Virus record (IMG/VR): IMGVR_UViG_3300033121_000954
Location: 63,037-127,036 of that record
Strand: one strand, 5' to 3'
Source of the DNA: a virus
Taxonomy: Duplodnaviria > Caudoviricetes
DNA: 64,000 bases
Below the pieces are notes generated by a model. The model saw only the letters and a program-made list of their open reading frames with translations, had not been told where the DNA came from and did not search any database. Each line of letters opens with the position of its first letter. Position 1 is the first letter of the stretch. The translations under genes were made by a program, and so were the position numbers. Below, one piece after another: positions 30,901 through 40,274 of the stretch.

Positions 30901-31140
30901 GTTTTTTTGTTCCCGTATTAGATTGTAGTTTTCAAGTGGATGATTTGTGTAGCCAAGCACCTTGACAAACAAATCAATAAGAAATTCTCCTTGGTGTTGT
31001 TCTTCTTTTGACCTCCTTATGTTTTCCTGAATAGCCGAATTGTGGAAATGGCTTTTAAACCTTTCCCATGCCTCATTGACTTGTTTTTCGTCAATTCCTT
31101 TTAGATATTTTTTTAAGACAGATTTTTGGAACAAACCCAT
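27946..31140 (-). CDS. Fused type IIG (Eco57I-like) restriction-modification enzyme, amino-methyltransferase
   Basis: N-terminal PD-(D/E)xK 'ADG...IELK', 'GVFYTP', 'DPACGSGAFL', 'GNPPY', TaqI-C-like TRD; start reassigned to MGLFQKS. Confidence 0.9.
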   Translation of the reverse strand: MGLFQKSVLKKYLKGIDEKQVNEAWERFKSHFHNSAIQENIRRSKEEQHQGEFLIDLFVKVLGYTNHPLENYNLIREQKNIKDAKSADGAIIKDGKIIAVIELKGTDTTNLSKIETQAFGYKNNQPDAVYIITSNFEKLRFYIDNSVDFEDFNLFQLTQDEFNLLWLCLSKNCVFQGIPKQIKEESLAVEETVTNKLYKDYSAFRNDIFTDIVKNNPQYDKLTLFNKTQKLLDRFLFVFFAEDRLLLPPNSIREIVNQWTDLRDQYDEYQPLYSRFIKYFGYLNTGFKGKKHDIFAYNGGLFLPDEILDNIKIDDTLLYKHTLNISNYDFESEVSVNILGHIFEHSLSEIEEIQAELEGQVVDKDKTKRKKDGVFYTPKYITKYIVDNTVGSLCKNKKLELGINEEEYEQERTGKQNKAKVKVLQNKLEQYRNWLLEVTICDPACGSGAFLNQALEFLVLEHRYVDELQAKLFGDGFVFQNVENSILENNLFGVDINEESIEIAKLSLWLRTAQKGRKLTSLNNNIKCGNSLIADKTVAGDKAFDWENEFPEVFAKGGFDVVIGNPPYLRVQGLRANFEIESKYYENVFQSATGRFDIYVLFMERSFKLISGFGKVGFILPHKFMVSDFGEGIRAYLSENKSVESVIHFGSEMVFADASTYTCIITLSMNNQKVLFRGMKPQDLFSLFEFREMDAALLTNAKWNLHSVDVLGVMDKIKKQKYTVKDIFEWISQGVVSVGDDIFYLKGRLDGNKFIGFSEKTGEEVMLEASLMKPLLKGEDVKKYGPLGSSDFVIYPHYEKDGKTLPYEEEVFKQQFPLTYSYFLPYKEELIEKKVRYKTNPKYWYSLHRSREISLFKSKKIVTPETSFGTNMTIDENGYFHNTQVYTLIKKANVHGDERYLLTVLNSEVMWFFLKCTGTILRGGYFRYKTKYLEPFPIPLVSVNEQKPFIEKAEEIMFSITALQKVQYHFLNLLQSKFAIEKLSKNLQNWYELKFKDFLLELKKIKIQLRLSEEAEWMQYFNEQKRIANGLQTEIKQTNQQIDQLVYQLYELTPEEIKIVEGQH

Positions 31141-31219
31141 AGGATATTGGATGTCTTTAAGTGTCAATAGTCGTAATATAGGTGAATGCACCGTTAACAA
31201 ACATGTTAATAATTAACAA

Positions 31220-31250
31220 TTTGTAAATTCTTGTAAATAAATTACTTTTG
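31220..31250 (+). promoter_or_regulatory. Bacteroidetes sigma-A-type promoter for the transposase
   Basis: TTTG-N19-TACTTTTG with upstream GTTAAC/TGTTAA elements. Confidence 0.6.
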
Positions 31251-31276
31251 TATCATAATTAAACAGCAAAACAATT

Positions 31277-32268
31277 ATGAACATCCTGCAATTCATTCAA
31301 ACTTTCCCAAACGAAGAAACCTGTTTAGAGCATTTCGCCAAATTGCGTTTAGACAAAGGTGTTGAGTGTAAAAAATGTGGCTGCCAAACCAAACACTACT
31401 GGCTACAAGATCAAAAGCGGTTCAAGTGCGGCAAATGTAAAACGAAAACTTCTTACAAAGCAGGCACGTTGATGGAAAACAGCAAGTTGACTATTCAACA
31501 ATGGTTTATGATGCTGCACCTGATGACTTCTACCAAAAAAACCTTTTCCGCTCTTGAAATGCAGCGTCAATTGGGTGTTGGTCGGTATGAACCTGTTTGG
31601 TATGCGATGCACAAAATCCGGTTAACGATGGGCAAGCGTGATGAAAAATACAAACTGATGGGCGAAATTGAAATTGACGACGCTTTCTTTACAACGGTTG
31701 ACGATGCACCAAAAGTAGAAGATGAACCCCTGAAACGCGGTCGTGGTTCGCAAAAGAAAAGTCAGGTTGACTATACCGGTGATGGTAATGGTTGAGAGCA
31801 AAGTTGCTACCTACCACAGAAGAAATAGTGGCTAAATATGGCAAGGTGACGAAGCACAACAAAGGTCGCAAGATGGGATTTGTTAAAATGGTTGTTATGG
31901 ATGATTTAAGCAGCCAAGGAATTAACTACGAGGTCAAAAAGTCGGTTGACGAAATTGCGAAGGTTCTTACGGATGGTTGGAAAGGTTACGCCAAGTTGCC
32001 GAATGTTATTGCTGAACACAAACAAGAAACCATCCCTGCGGAACAAGCCCACAAAAAACTGCCTTGGGTTCATTGCAACATCGGAAACTCCAAACGTATC
32101 CATGAAGGTTTCCATCATTCCATCGGTCGCCCATACTTGCAAAACTACCTGAACGAATTTTGCCACAAACTCAACCGCCGCAACTTTGAATCGGATATGT
32201 TTGACCGGATTATGACAGCAGGTGTTGAAGATGTTTGGTACAAAAACAAAGCACATTGTTACCGCTAA
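31277..32268 (+). pseudogene. IS1595-family (ISXO2-like) transposase, split by two frameshifts
   Basis: Zn-ribbon CxxC..CxxC, HTH, 'EIDD', 'RGRGS', 'TDGW..Y', 'YLQNYLNEF...NRR'. The conserved 'VMVMVES' lies in a third frame. Confidence 0.85.
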
Positions 32269-32291
32269 AAAATTTCAAAGAACTTTACTTT

Positions 32292-32319
32292 AGCCTTCCC
32301 AATTTGGGATGGCTTTTTT
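32292..32319 (+). terminator. Terminator-like hairpin after the transposase
   Basis: AGCC.TCCCAA/TTGGGA.GGCT followed by a T-run. Confidence 0.6.
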
Positions 32320-32350
32320 GTACATTTGCTTTCCACTTCAAAATCTTACT

Positions 32351-32780
32351 TATGTCAGACACCCTAATTTCGTTTCTGGAAGGCTTTGAACCCGTCAATG
32401 AGGTTCAGACCTTGCTGCGCAACATCGTTCTGTTACAAGTCAAATTAGATAGCGAACAAGATGTGTTCGTTCAGAAAACAAAGGATGTGCAAACTGAATT
32501 TCTTAACCTTTCAAAAGAGAAATATGCCTTGTTGGTTGAGGTCGTAAATGATGGCAGTTTAGAGCAATTCAATTCACATATTCAAAGGATTAGGGATGAA
32601 ATCAAACAGTTCACCAGCGAACATGAGATGAACTCTATAACAGGGCAAAAGGTTAACTCGTTGAACGGTCAGTTAGAAGCAGCCAAGTCTTTCAAATCTG
32701 CAAAGGAAAAATACGGTACACTGAAACCTTTAGATGAATTGATGAAGGATGAAAGTGGGCTGTTGGAAATATTTTCTTAA
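32351..32780 (+). CDS. Hypothetical coiled-coil protein (island passenger)
   Basis: Likely start MSDTLIS after a TACATTTG -7 box. Confidence 0.55.
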
Positions 32781-32798
32781 CCTCTAATTTTTAATGAT

Positions 32799-33098
32799 AT
32801 GATTTCACTTGACCGAAGTAATTTTAAACTCATTGAAGAAGATGGGTACCTTAATACCACTAAGCTTAATCTAAAGGTTGAAACAGCACTTAAAAAAGCA
32901 ACTACAAAACTTTCAGAAATAGACTTCCATGATTTTGATGTGATGGTCAAATTAAGTGGACAACTTTATAATAGCATAGAGCCGTTTCGGTTTGTTGAAT
33001 GCAATATTTTTCCTGATTTTACACCTGATGATGTTCATACTGAAATTCAAAACATTCTAAAAACGGAATTTGACTCTTGTTTAGATCATCTGCAATAA
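32799..33098 (+). CDS. Hypothetical protein (island passenger)
   Basis: Co-oriented with the preceding + gene. Confidence 0.5.
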   Translation: MISLDRSNFKLIEEDGYLNTTKLNLKVETALKKATTKLSEIDFHDFDVMVKLSGQLYNSIEPFRFVECNIFPDFTPDDVHTEIQNILKTEFDSCLDHLQ

Positions 33099-33403
33099 TT
33101 TCCCAATTCCGAAGGGAACCAAACCGTCCCTTCAAACAGCCATTTTCTTCATCTTTGACAATTGGTGGAAACCATAAGTCACGGTTTGTCCAACCAAGAC
33201 TCGCAAAAACAGTTTCCTTAAATATAGATATGTCTTCTGGGCTGGTCAAATATTTGTGGACATTATCAAAAAAGTAGATCGGGCATATTCGGGTTTTGGG
33301 CATAAATCGTTGGTTTTTAAGTGGTTATATGGGTTGGTTGGAATTGGGGGTTAATTATTTTGCAATATTATTGTTAAGATTATTTTAAAATTTGAACCTT
33401 CTA

Positions 33404-33700
33404 TTACAGTGTTGTTTTTTCATTATCGCCAGTCCATTGACTGTGCTGGTGGAGACCATCCGTATCCACAAAACAGAATGTGGTTGATGGGTCTTCCTTT
33501 TTGCCACGAATTGTGACGCAAATTTCCCAATCAGAACTCAGGAACCTATCTAATGCGTCAGAATAGGGTTCACTGTCTTCCCGCTCGTGTTCTACATATT
33601 CCGAAAAATCCCATCCGCTATCGTATGCGGCTATGGCGGGGATTGTGATATGGAAGTCTAAATCTGTGACTTCTGGATTGAAATATTTTTGAAAATTCAT
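33404..33700 (-). CDS. C-terminally truncated paralog of 26166..26600
   Basis: Similarity stops at GDNEKT, followed by a stop two codons later. Confidence 0.6.
   Translation of the reverse strand: MNFQKYFNPEVTDLDFHITIPAIAAYDSGWDFSEYVEHEREDSEPYSDALDRFLSSDWEICVTIRGKKEDPSTTFCFVDTDGLHQHSQWTGDNEKTTL
33412..33696. repeat. 285-bp imperfect direct repeat, copy 2
   Basis: Aligns with 26261..26545. Confidence 0.9.
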
Positions 33701-33718
33701 AATCGTCGTTGTTAATGC

Positions 33719-34210
33719 TTAACTTAATTCAATGATTCCGATAAAGTTTGTACGCTCATACTTTTCGTAGGAACCATCTTCTGGACGACCGTTGTCCGTG
33801 AACTGTGTGAGATATACTTCAAACTGTCCAGATGGAAGTTTTACCATCCATAAATTGTCGTGTGATGTTGAATATTCGTGTTCCTCACCCGTGTCTCCGT
33901 ATGCGATATTGCATGGTTGGCCTTCTGGCAACAATTCCAGATTAATTCTTCTTTGGGCTACCCACTCCTCAAACGCGGTTGGTGTTTCAAAACTGGCGTA
34001 TATTCCGGCTTCTCCGCGCCGGTTTGACGGGGTGATCCGACTATCACGAACGAATTTATTTCCCCACAATGTGGGAACTGTATCAACTGTGTATTCGGGG
34101 CGAGTTTCCCCGGCCAACCCTAACGTAGTAAATTTACCGCCTGTGGAGTAACGGTCCCATGATACTACCCGCAATTCTTGGACGATGGTATTTATTTCAC
34201 TGTGTGTCAT
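33719..34210 (-). CDS. Hypothetical early protein
   Basis: Directly downstream of a promoter module. Confidence 0.6.
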   Translation of the reverse strand: MTHSEINTIVQELRVVSWDRYSTGGKFTTLGLAGETRPEYTVDTVPTLWGNKFVRDSRITPSNRRGEAGIYASFETPTAFEEWVAQRRINLELLPEGQPCNIAYGDTGEEHEYSTSHDNLWMVKLPSGQFEVYLTQFTDNGRPEDGSYEKYERTNFIGIIELS

Positions 34211-34290
34211 AATCGTTGTTGTTTAGTTAAATAATAGCACAAAGATATAGGCAGTCAGAATACGTTCCAAACATTTTTGCACTATTAACA
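34211..34290 (-). promoter_or_regulatory. Early promoter module (sigma-A type)
   Basis: TGTTAA..TTTGGA-N18-TATCTTTG-TGCTATTATTTAACTAAAC..ACGATT-ATG; similar to the copies at 52582 and 54065. Confidence 0.8.
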
Positions 34291-34301
34291 TATCATTAAA
34301 T

Positions 34302-34333
34302 AAAAAAGCCTACCAACCAAAAGTCAATAGGCC
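34302..34333 (-). terminator. Rho-independent terminator
   Basis: GCCTATTGAC-TTTTG-GTTGGTAGGC-TTTTTT on the minus strand. Confidence 0.75.
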
Positions 34334-34359
34334 AAATCCGCTGTCTACGAACTGCTGGA

Positions 34360-34617
34360 TTATCTGTTAAATCGGTATTTTTGAAAAAATACGGTCTTTG
34401 CAATGTTACAAGTTTCAACGATCCGATCCAACTCCGCGAGAGTCAATTGGAACTCCTTCCCACCAATATGAAATTTTCCTGCGATAGTGTCATTTCCAAA
34501 TCTATCAAGTTGTTGTTTGGACGGATGCTCAACAACATCAAAATCAATGGTGCCAAATAGTTCTCCAAATCGTTTTACTTTTTCGGGACTCATCCCGATT
34601 GTGGTGTTTACACTCAT
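34360..34617 (-). CDS. Conserved hypothetical protein
   Basis: Co-oriented ORF. Confidence 0.55.
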   Translation of the reverse strand: MSVNTTIGMSPEKVKRFGELFGTIDFDVVEHPSKQQLDRFGNDTIAGKFHIGGKEFQLTLAELDRIVETCNIAKTVFFQKYRFNR

Positions 34618-34637
34618 GATTAAAAAATTTAAATTAT

Positions 34638-35288
34638 TTATGAATATGGTTGCTTATATACAACCAACACATAAATATCTTCAAATTTTGTATAATCTAA
34701 TTTGAATGGCAATTTACTCGGTATTCGTGTTAAAATTTCGTTAATTGGATAACTTAAATATCCATCCAATTCAGTATCACTTTGTAATACGAAAATTGAT
34801 GCGATGTTGGATGTGTCCAATGCGTAGGCTAAAGTTCTATCAAACCATTCCCACTTTTCAATACCGATAAATGTGTTGAGTGTGCCTATACAAACTGTGT
34901 AATCGGTGGTTTCGGTATAATTGAAATAATCGTCACAAATTAAGTTTAAGTCTGGATGTTTTTGGTTTCCAGCCGAAATCATAATTTGGTTAATATCAAT
35001 TCCTGTGTAATATTCGGCAGGAAAATAATCCCCAAAATCGCCCCGTCCACATCCGATGTCTTTTACAGTATGCCGTCCAACCATGTGTTGAAGTGTCCAC
35101 ATGTAAATGTCCTTCTGCATCTGTTCATCTGGATACCCAACCGCCTCAGGATCATTTAGGAGATAATCCGGAATTAATAATTCATCAGAATAATCTAACG
35201 CCAATATTTTAGATGACTCTACATCTGCATCAATTTTAGAAACTAAACTGACGTTGGCATCTTTATTTAAAAAATCTTCAAGTTTCAT
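34638..35288 (-). CDS. Class I SAM-dependent methyltransferase
   Basis: 'DIGCGRG' motif I and 'YTGIDI' motif II. Confidence 0.8.
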   Translation of the reverse strand: MKLEDFLNKDANVSLVSKIDADVESSKILALDYSDELLIPDYLLNDPEAVGYPDEQMQKDIYMWTLQHMVGRHTVKDIGCGRGDFGDYFPAEYYTGIDINQIMISAGNQKHPDLNLICDDYFNYTETTDYTVCIGTLNTFIGIEKWEWFDRTLAYALDTSNIASIFVLQSDTELDGYLSYPINEILTRIPSKLPFKLDYTKFEDIYVLVVYKQPYS

Positions 35289-35490
35289 TTTTTAATTTCT
35301 TTAAATGTGGATAGTGTATCTGTTCCAATAACAGTCTTAGTCAGTTCATATATACGAAACCCGCAAACCTCCATACCGCCCTGAATCATGTATTGCTTTT
35401 TGGTATTTGGATCAATTACGATCATACCATTAATTTCTTCCGCTTTTCGTGACAAACATGATGTAAAAAGTAATAGCAATAGTAAGTATT

Positions 35491-35805
35491 TTATACAATA
35501 TTTCCGGTTTTGGCAAATTTTTGGAGGATTGGGATTAGTTCCTTCACTTGTTTTCGCGTCAAGTGCATTCTGGTAGTCATTTGAACTTCTTTTGGAATTT
35601 CATACTCCATCCATCCATTTTTAACTTCAGAAGTTAGCCCTAAGCGAAGTCCATCACTACACATAATTTTTGGATCAGCGTCATCCACTCCAAACCAAAT
35701 TGCATCTTCCGTTGCCAAACTTGATTTTTGCAATGAACATTTTGCACCATACCGATCATTAAATTCGTAGAAGTCAAATCCCCTTTCAGTTTTACTTTGT
35801 TGCAT
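35491..35805 (-). CDS. Conserved phage hypothetical protein
   Basis: 'RGF...F.D.YG..CSLQKSSLATEDAIW.G...RMHL' family motif. Confidence 0.65.
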   Translation of the reverse strand: MQQSKTERGFDFYEFNDRYGAKCSLQKSSLATEDAIWFGVDDADPKIMCSDGLRLGLTSEVKNGWMEYEIPKEVQMTTRMHLTRKQVKELIPILQKFAKTGNIV

Positions 35806-36083
35806 TATCTAATGTTTTTAAAATATTATTTTGCAATTTGCGAGATAATTGTTCACTTACATGCACTGGAAATATTGGGTTGATAGTCAGCCCCTCATAC
35901 AGTTTATATGAATCAACCATCACATCGTAATATACTACATCCTCTCTACGTTTCCTCCCAACCACAGTTCCGATGTGATTTATACCACGGGCATTCACAA
36001 CTACATTATCCGATTTTTTAAACATATCACGAGTGGAATATTCATTTTCTATTTCCCAGTTTTCTGTATCCATTATTTTTTAT

Positions 36084-36974
36084 TTAAAGTGATAAAATCA
36101 TTTCAATTATTTCTGGTTGTGGGAAAAGGTCAAACTTTTCATATTTCCCCCATTTATTTTTACCAGAAACATTTGTGTGCGTGAATAATCCGTGAATGTC
36201 GCCAACGACAACATCTTGGTTGTAATCAAACGCATCTTTGTTGGTTTTTAACCATTGTTGCAATCCACTCCGGACATCAATATTATTGTCGTTTCCTATT
36301 TTTAGGATCAAAAATCTCAAACTGGATATTTGGTTGTCAGACAGTTTGTGGAAGTACCTGTAACCCCTAAAATCTCGCTTTAAATCAACGATCTCGCTCG
36401 GAGCAACACGTTTATTCGCCCAACTAAAATAATCGCCCTTACGCAATTCTAATGGGCCAAACGCGCAACATTCAATTCCAATAGATTCTCGGTGAACTGC
36501 TGTATTACCAATTCCCAAATGCCAACCATAACAACCATAATCTGGAAAACATTGCACAATCTCTCCATCATATTTTTCACTTAGTGTTTGACAGTTCCTT
36601 CCGCCAATTACAAATTGGGTTCCGATTCTATCACGTTTATCATTTTCCCAATCTTTAATGACGTTGTATGGATTTTCCCATCCTGCTGTAAAGTGCAAAA
36701 ATAATGATTTTTTTGGACTTGGTCCTTTAAAATATTCGTTTGGTTGTAACAAATATTTTTTGATTGTTGGCTGTTCAGTTAAATCGGTAGTCGCGAAGCC
36801 AATGGTTTGGTCTGGAATCAATTTTTCGCGTGTTTCATTGTCAATTATACCAGTTGGATCAAGGTTGTTTTTGATTTGAAAATTCCTGACGGCTGCATCT
36901 GTAAACTGGTCATATTCACCCGTTTTTGGTATTTTCAATATTTCCTGTATTTGGATTATTTCTGGTAATGTCAC
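36084..36974 (-). CDS. Endolysin: PG-binding domain plus N-acetylmuramoyl-L-alanine amidase (Amidase_2)
   Basis: 'T..AVRNFQ..NNL.PTGI.D.ET' PG-binding domain; 'LHFTAG', 'WH.G...SIGIE', 'H'. Confidence 0.8.
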   Translation of the reverse strand: MTLPEIIQIQEILKIPKTGEYDQFTDAAVRNFQIKNNLDPTGIIDNETREKLIPDQTIGFATTDLTEQPTIKKYLLQPNEYFKGPSPKKSLFLHFTAGWENPYNVIKDWENDKRDRIGTQFVIGGRNCQTLSEKYDGEIVQCFPDYGCYGWHLGIGNTAVHRESIGIECCAFGPLELRKGDYFSWANKRVAPSEIVDLKRDFRGYRYFHKLSDNQISSLRFLILKIGNDNNIDVRSGLQQWLKTNKDAFDYNQDVVVGDIHGLFTHTNVSGKNKWGKYEKFDLFPQPEIIEMILSL

Positions 36975-37318
36975 AATTTATCCTCAGTTTTTAAGTAAGT
37001 ATCAGACTCAGTTATCTTGTCTTTGTTTATGTAATTGTATATTCTATCCTTGCCATATCCAGTAAGTAAACATGCTTGGCGGGTACTTTTATACACATTT
37101 ACAATATTACCCTCTCGGTCAAATTCGTAAATTTTTTGAGTTATTTCACTTAGTGAGTGACGTTCTCCATGCAGTTCAATTTTCCAACCATACAATGAGT
37201 TTCTGAACAGTAATTGTCCGGGTTGGCATTTTAGAAATTTAGCGCACTGATAAATTGATGGGAAATTATAGACTTCTTCGTCTTTGCGAATTGTTATCGG
37301 AATTGATGCTGGTTTCAT
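36971..37318 (-). CDS. NUMOD1-domain DNA-binding protein
   Basis: 'FPSI..CAK.L' and 'IYEFD..G..V..Y.S...A' repeats. Confidence 0.6.
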   Translation of the reverse strand: MKPASIPITIRKDEEVYNFPSIYQCAKFLKCQPGQLLFRNSLYGWKIELHGERHSLSEITQKIYEFDREGNIVNVYKSTRQACLLTGYGKDRIYNYINKDKITESDTYLKTEDKL

Positions 37319-37533
37319 ATATATTTGTTAAAAATTGGAACAAATCCGAAATTCATTATTTCAAACACCTCGTCTAATTTGCAAATTTTCTGCTGGTTGG
37401 TATCAGAAAATTCGTAACGATGTTTTAACAGGGTTAGTTCTTTATTATCCCAATCAATTTGAAGTACAACATCGGCGTACAAAAACTCCGGAGTGGATGG
37501 TTTCTTCTTATCAAGAATTAGTAATCTCATTAT

Positions 37534-37710
37534 TTATTTTGTTTTTGTTAATTTATTACCTATCACACAAAACGCAATACCGAATATGAAACATGTGACG
37601 GTGAGCCAAGTTGGGAATAAAGTCCAGTGTGAAAACATATCTGTCAAACAGATAGTCAAGCATATAAGTGAACCTACTAAAAGGTATAAGATAAAATTGT
37701 TTATTTGCAT
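37534..37710 (-). CDS. Small two-TM membrane protein (holin candidate)
   Basis: 58-aa ORF (MQINNFILYLLVGSLICL...) below the track cutoff; two hydrophobic segments, basic C-terminus, upstream of the endolysin. Confidence 0.35.
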   Translation of the reverse strand: MQINNFILYLLVGSLICLTICLTDMFSHWTLFPTWLTVTCFIFGIAFCVIGNKLTKTK

Positions 37711-37912
37711 TAGTATTGGTGGATTGAATTGCAGGGTTTCATATAATGATCAAATTTTATTTTTTCCGTTCCAAATAGTCAGTATAAATATATGCGATGA
37801 GTAATATCAAAGAGACCAAAGTGGACATTAAAAATCCAGTTACCGTATCCGTCAAATCCTAATGATAATCCGGTACATACTCCAGACCTGTAAAAATACT
37901 TTATTCATAATT

Positions 37913-38410
37913 TTATGGTAATGATTGTAGAAGTGCACCTGACCACGGTGATACGACACCCGGGACAACTGAACTCACATATTGCCCGGAAATTGTCATA
38001 ATATGCGTCCTACAAGCCAACATCAGTGCGTTTAAGATAATTTGAAAATTTGTATTGGGTGGAACTTTAATATTGTTCCACTGTCCCGGATTTAATACCG
38101 TGACAACTCCAGTCGGGCCACTTATAATAATTCCTACCCAGTACGAAACGAATGCCGGTCCAATCTGTTTTAAAAAGTCCACATCGGCATGACTTGCTAA
38201 ATTTGCCGTACAAACAGCCAATATCTGTTGGTTCAGGATTGGTAATTTTGGGGCATTGTTTATAATCTTTCCCCCCGCAGTCATTGTATCAAAATGTAAT
38301 GTAACACACTGATGGTATGCACTTGCAATTGTTTGCGCAAACTGCTCCTTACTGACGTGCTGTTGTCCAGTGAGTACATTACATTTTGTTTTGAACAACG
38401 ACCACGACAT
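37913..38410 (-). CDS. Hypothetical (probably virion) protein
   Basis: Co-oriented ORF. Confidence 0.55.
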   Translation of the reverse strand: MSWSLFKTKCNVLTGQQHVSKEQFAQTIASAYHQCVTLHFDTMTAGGKIINNAPKLPILNQQILAVCTANLASHADVDFLKQIGPAFVSYWVGIIISGPTGVVTVLNPGQWNNIKVPPNTNFQIILNALMLACRTHIMTISGQYVSSVVPGVVSPWSGALLQSLP

Positions 38411-39048
38411 TATGCGTTACCACTTATTACGTTTAGTTCCAAATCAGTGTGTATATTTTGATTTAGATATTTTCCAGAATTTAAAACTGTTCGTCCACTT
38501 ACATGACAATTTTCTACCACAGTAGTACCTCTAATTTCGCTGGTATCTGATAATTTGCTGTTAGTTGCAACTGAATTTCCAGAAATTCTAACGCCATCCG
38601 AAACAGTGCATTTATTCACTTTTGCATGGTGACATATAATGCTGGCATTACTCACTTCACTTGCCTTCACTTCAGCAGAACCGTCAACAGTAACACGTCC
38701 GCGAATTACAGACGATTCAACGTGTGAATTTTCTTTAACTTGGGCATTTTGTAGAATTTTTGAATCTACTATACACGCTTCTCCATACACCTTGGCTGAG
38801 TCAGTTACGATAGAATCAATCAGAATGGCGTTGTCAAAAACTTGGGCAGTGTTGAACACCCAACTATGATCCGTCTGTGCCAGATTGGTTTCGGACTGAA
38901 TGTAGCCGCCAATTTCACCCTCTCGTACATTTCTTCCGTGAGTAGTGAAGTCCCTTTCTGCTTTGATGCGAAATAATTTTACGGGTTTGCCAGTTTTTGG
39001 ATGTAAGAATTGATCTCCGGCATTTTTTAGCATTACATATTTCTTCAT
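38410..39048 (-). CDS. Left-handed beta-helix (hexapeptide repeat) protein
   Basis: 'LFRIKA..DF...V..GE.GGYI..E.NL...WV...A.V..NA' plus repeats. Confidence 0.75.
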   Translation of the reverse strand: MKKYVMLKNAGDQFLHPKTGKPVKLFRIKAERDFTTHGRNVREGEIGGYIQSETNLAQTDHSWVFNTAQVFDNAILIDSIVTDSAKVYGEACIVDSKILQNAQVKENSHVESSVIRGRVTVDGSAEVKASEVSNASIICHHAKVNKCTVSDGVRISGNSVATNSKLSDTSEIRGTTVVENCHVSGRTVLNSGKYLNQNIHTDLELNVISGNA

Positions 39049-39577
39049 ATTATCCGATAGGTGTTAATTTCCAGTTAGTTGTTTTACCATCAGTTACTTC
39101 ATCAAGCCGCCAATTAGACTCCGCCAGTGCATTTTTTATTTGAACTGTATATTGACGTTGGGTGTATCCAACTTCAAATTGAAGTTCGCGTTTGTTAATT
39201 TTGTCCTGAACAAAACCAACAGTGCGATTGAGTCCGTCAATTGGGGTGAGTCCAAGTTCAGACGGTGTTGTAAATACTTTTTTGTTATTCATAATGATTT
39301 TCTAAATCCAACTCTGTTTCGGTTGGCGCGGTGACATTTATAAAATTTGTGAGTGTAAATTTTGGAACCTTTAACAGTTCCAGTGTATTGGTTACAAAGT
39401 TTTGTAGAAAATATTGACCGCCTTCCGCCCATTCTACAAAATTCAAATCGTCAAAAAAATCATCAAAATTTTCGTATTCAAATTTGAAATTTTCAAATGC
39501 TTTGGAGAGGGCAGTTTGTTTAGACGTATCATTTGCGCTGAATACGCGACCGTCAACCAACATAAAATGAAATTGAT

Positions 39578-39892
39578 TCACACTGCTTCGTAAATTGTAA
39601 TTGTTTTTTGAACTGGTTTGACTTCTAACCAAGTATCATATTCAGTTCTTTCGTATGAACTATAATATCCACTAAACTGAATATAGCAGTCGTGATCCGC
39701 AAAATAATATACAGTTTCCGCAGTATCTTTATCAGAACCTACTCTATCCTGATGGACTCGTTTATAGGTTCCCAACTTGGCTTGAGATTCGGATGCAACG
39801 AATGGGCGATCTTCCAAAAAACTCGGGATTTTTTTAATATCCAGAAAACTATTCAAATAATCAAATATTTCTGTTGCTGTCATTTTATTCAT
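39578..39892 (-). CDS. Hypothetical protein, tandem paralog family (3 copies)
   Basis: Shared C-terminus '..SY...EY...V.P..KTITIYE'. Confidence 0.65.
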   Translation of the reverse strand: MNKMTATEIFDYLNSFLDIKKIPSFLEDRPFVASESQAKLGTYKRVHQDRVGSDKDTAETVYYFADHDCYIQFSGYYSSYERTEYDTWLEVKPVQKTITIYEAV

Positions 39893-40274
39893 AAACTGTG
39901 ATTGTTTTTTGGGTTGGAGTAACTACTTTCCAAGATTTGTATTCCACATCGGAATAAGAATTCGTTTCAGCAGTAATTTTGTAATAAAAATCTCCGACTT
40001 TAATTATGGTATAAGTGAACTCATCACTATCTTCAATTGAAATTATTTGGGATGTGTACTGCTGTTTCCCACGGCCATTGATATGCACATTCATATAATT
40101 ATTTGCAATCTGACGTAATGAATATGCCTTCAATAACCTACTCATAAAGACGTAGGGATCATTCACATTATCTTCCACAAATTTCTCCAAAACGACATTT
40201 TTCAACGTGTCTTCAACGGTCATAAAACCGTATTCATGTGCCAAATCAATCAGCGTTGTTTCTAAATTATTCAT
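39885..40274 (-). CDS. Hypothetical protein, tandem paralog family
   Basis: 'NSYSDVEY...VTPTQKTITVYE'. Confidence 0.65.
   Translation of the reverse strand: MNNLETTLIDLAHEYGFMTVEDTLKNVVLEKFVEDNVNDPYVFMSRLLKAYSLRQIANNYMNVHINGRGKQQYTSQIISIEDSDEFTYTIIKVGDFYYKITAETNSYSDVEYKSWKVVTPTQKTITVYE

Noticed and set aside
31751-31775. Programmed -1 frameshift producing active IS1595 transposase
   Set aside because: A -1 shift at the A-rich run meets TGA within three codons; two separate corrections are needed.
26600-33420. Canonical IS1595 terminal inverted repeats with 8-bp target duplication
   Set aside because: Not found by eye; only a weak GAAGGTT inverted repeat with a 3-bp flank, so the element ends are left undefined.
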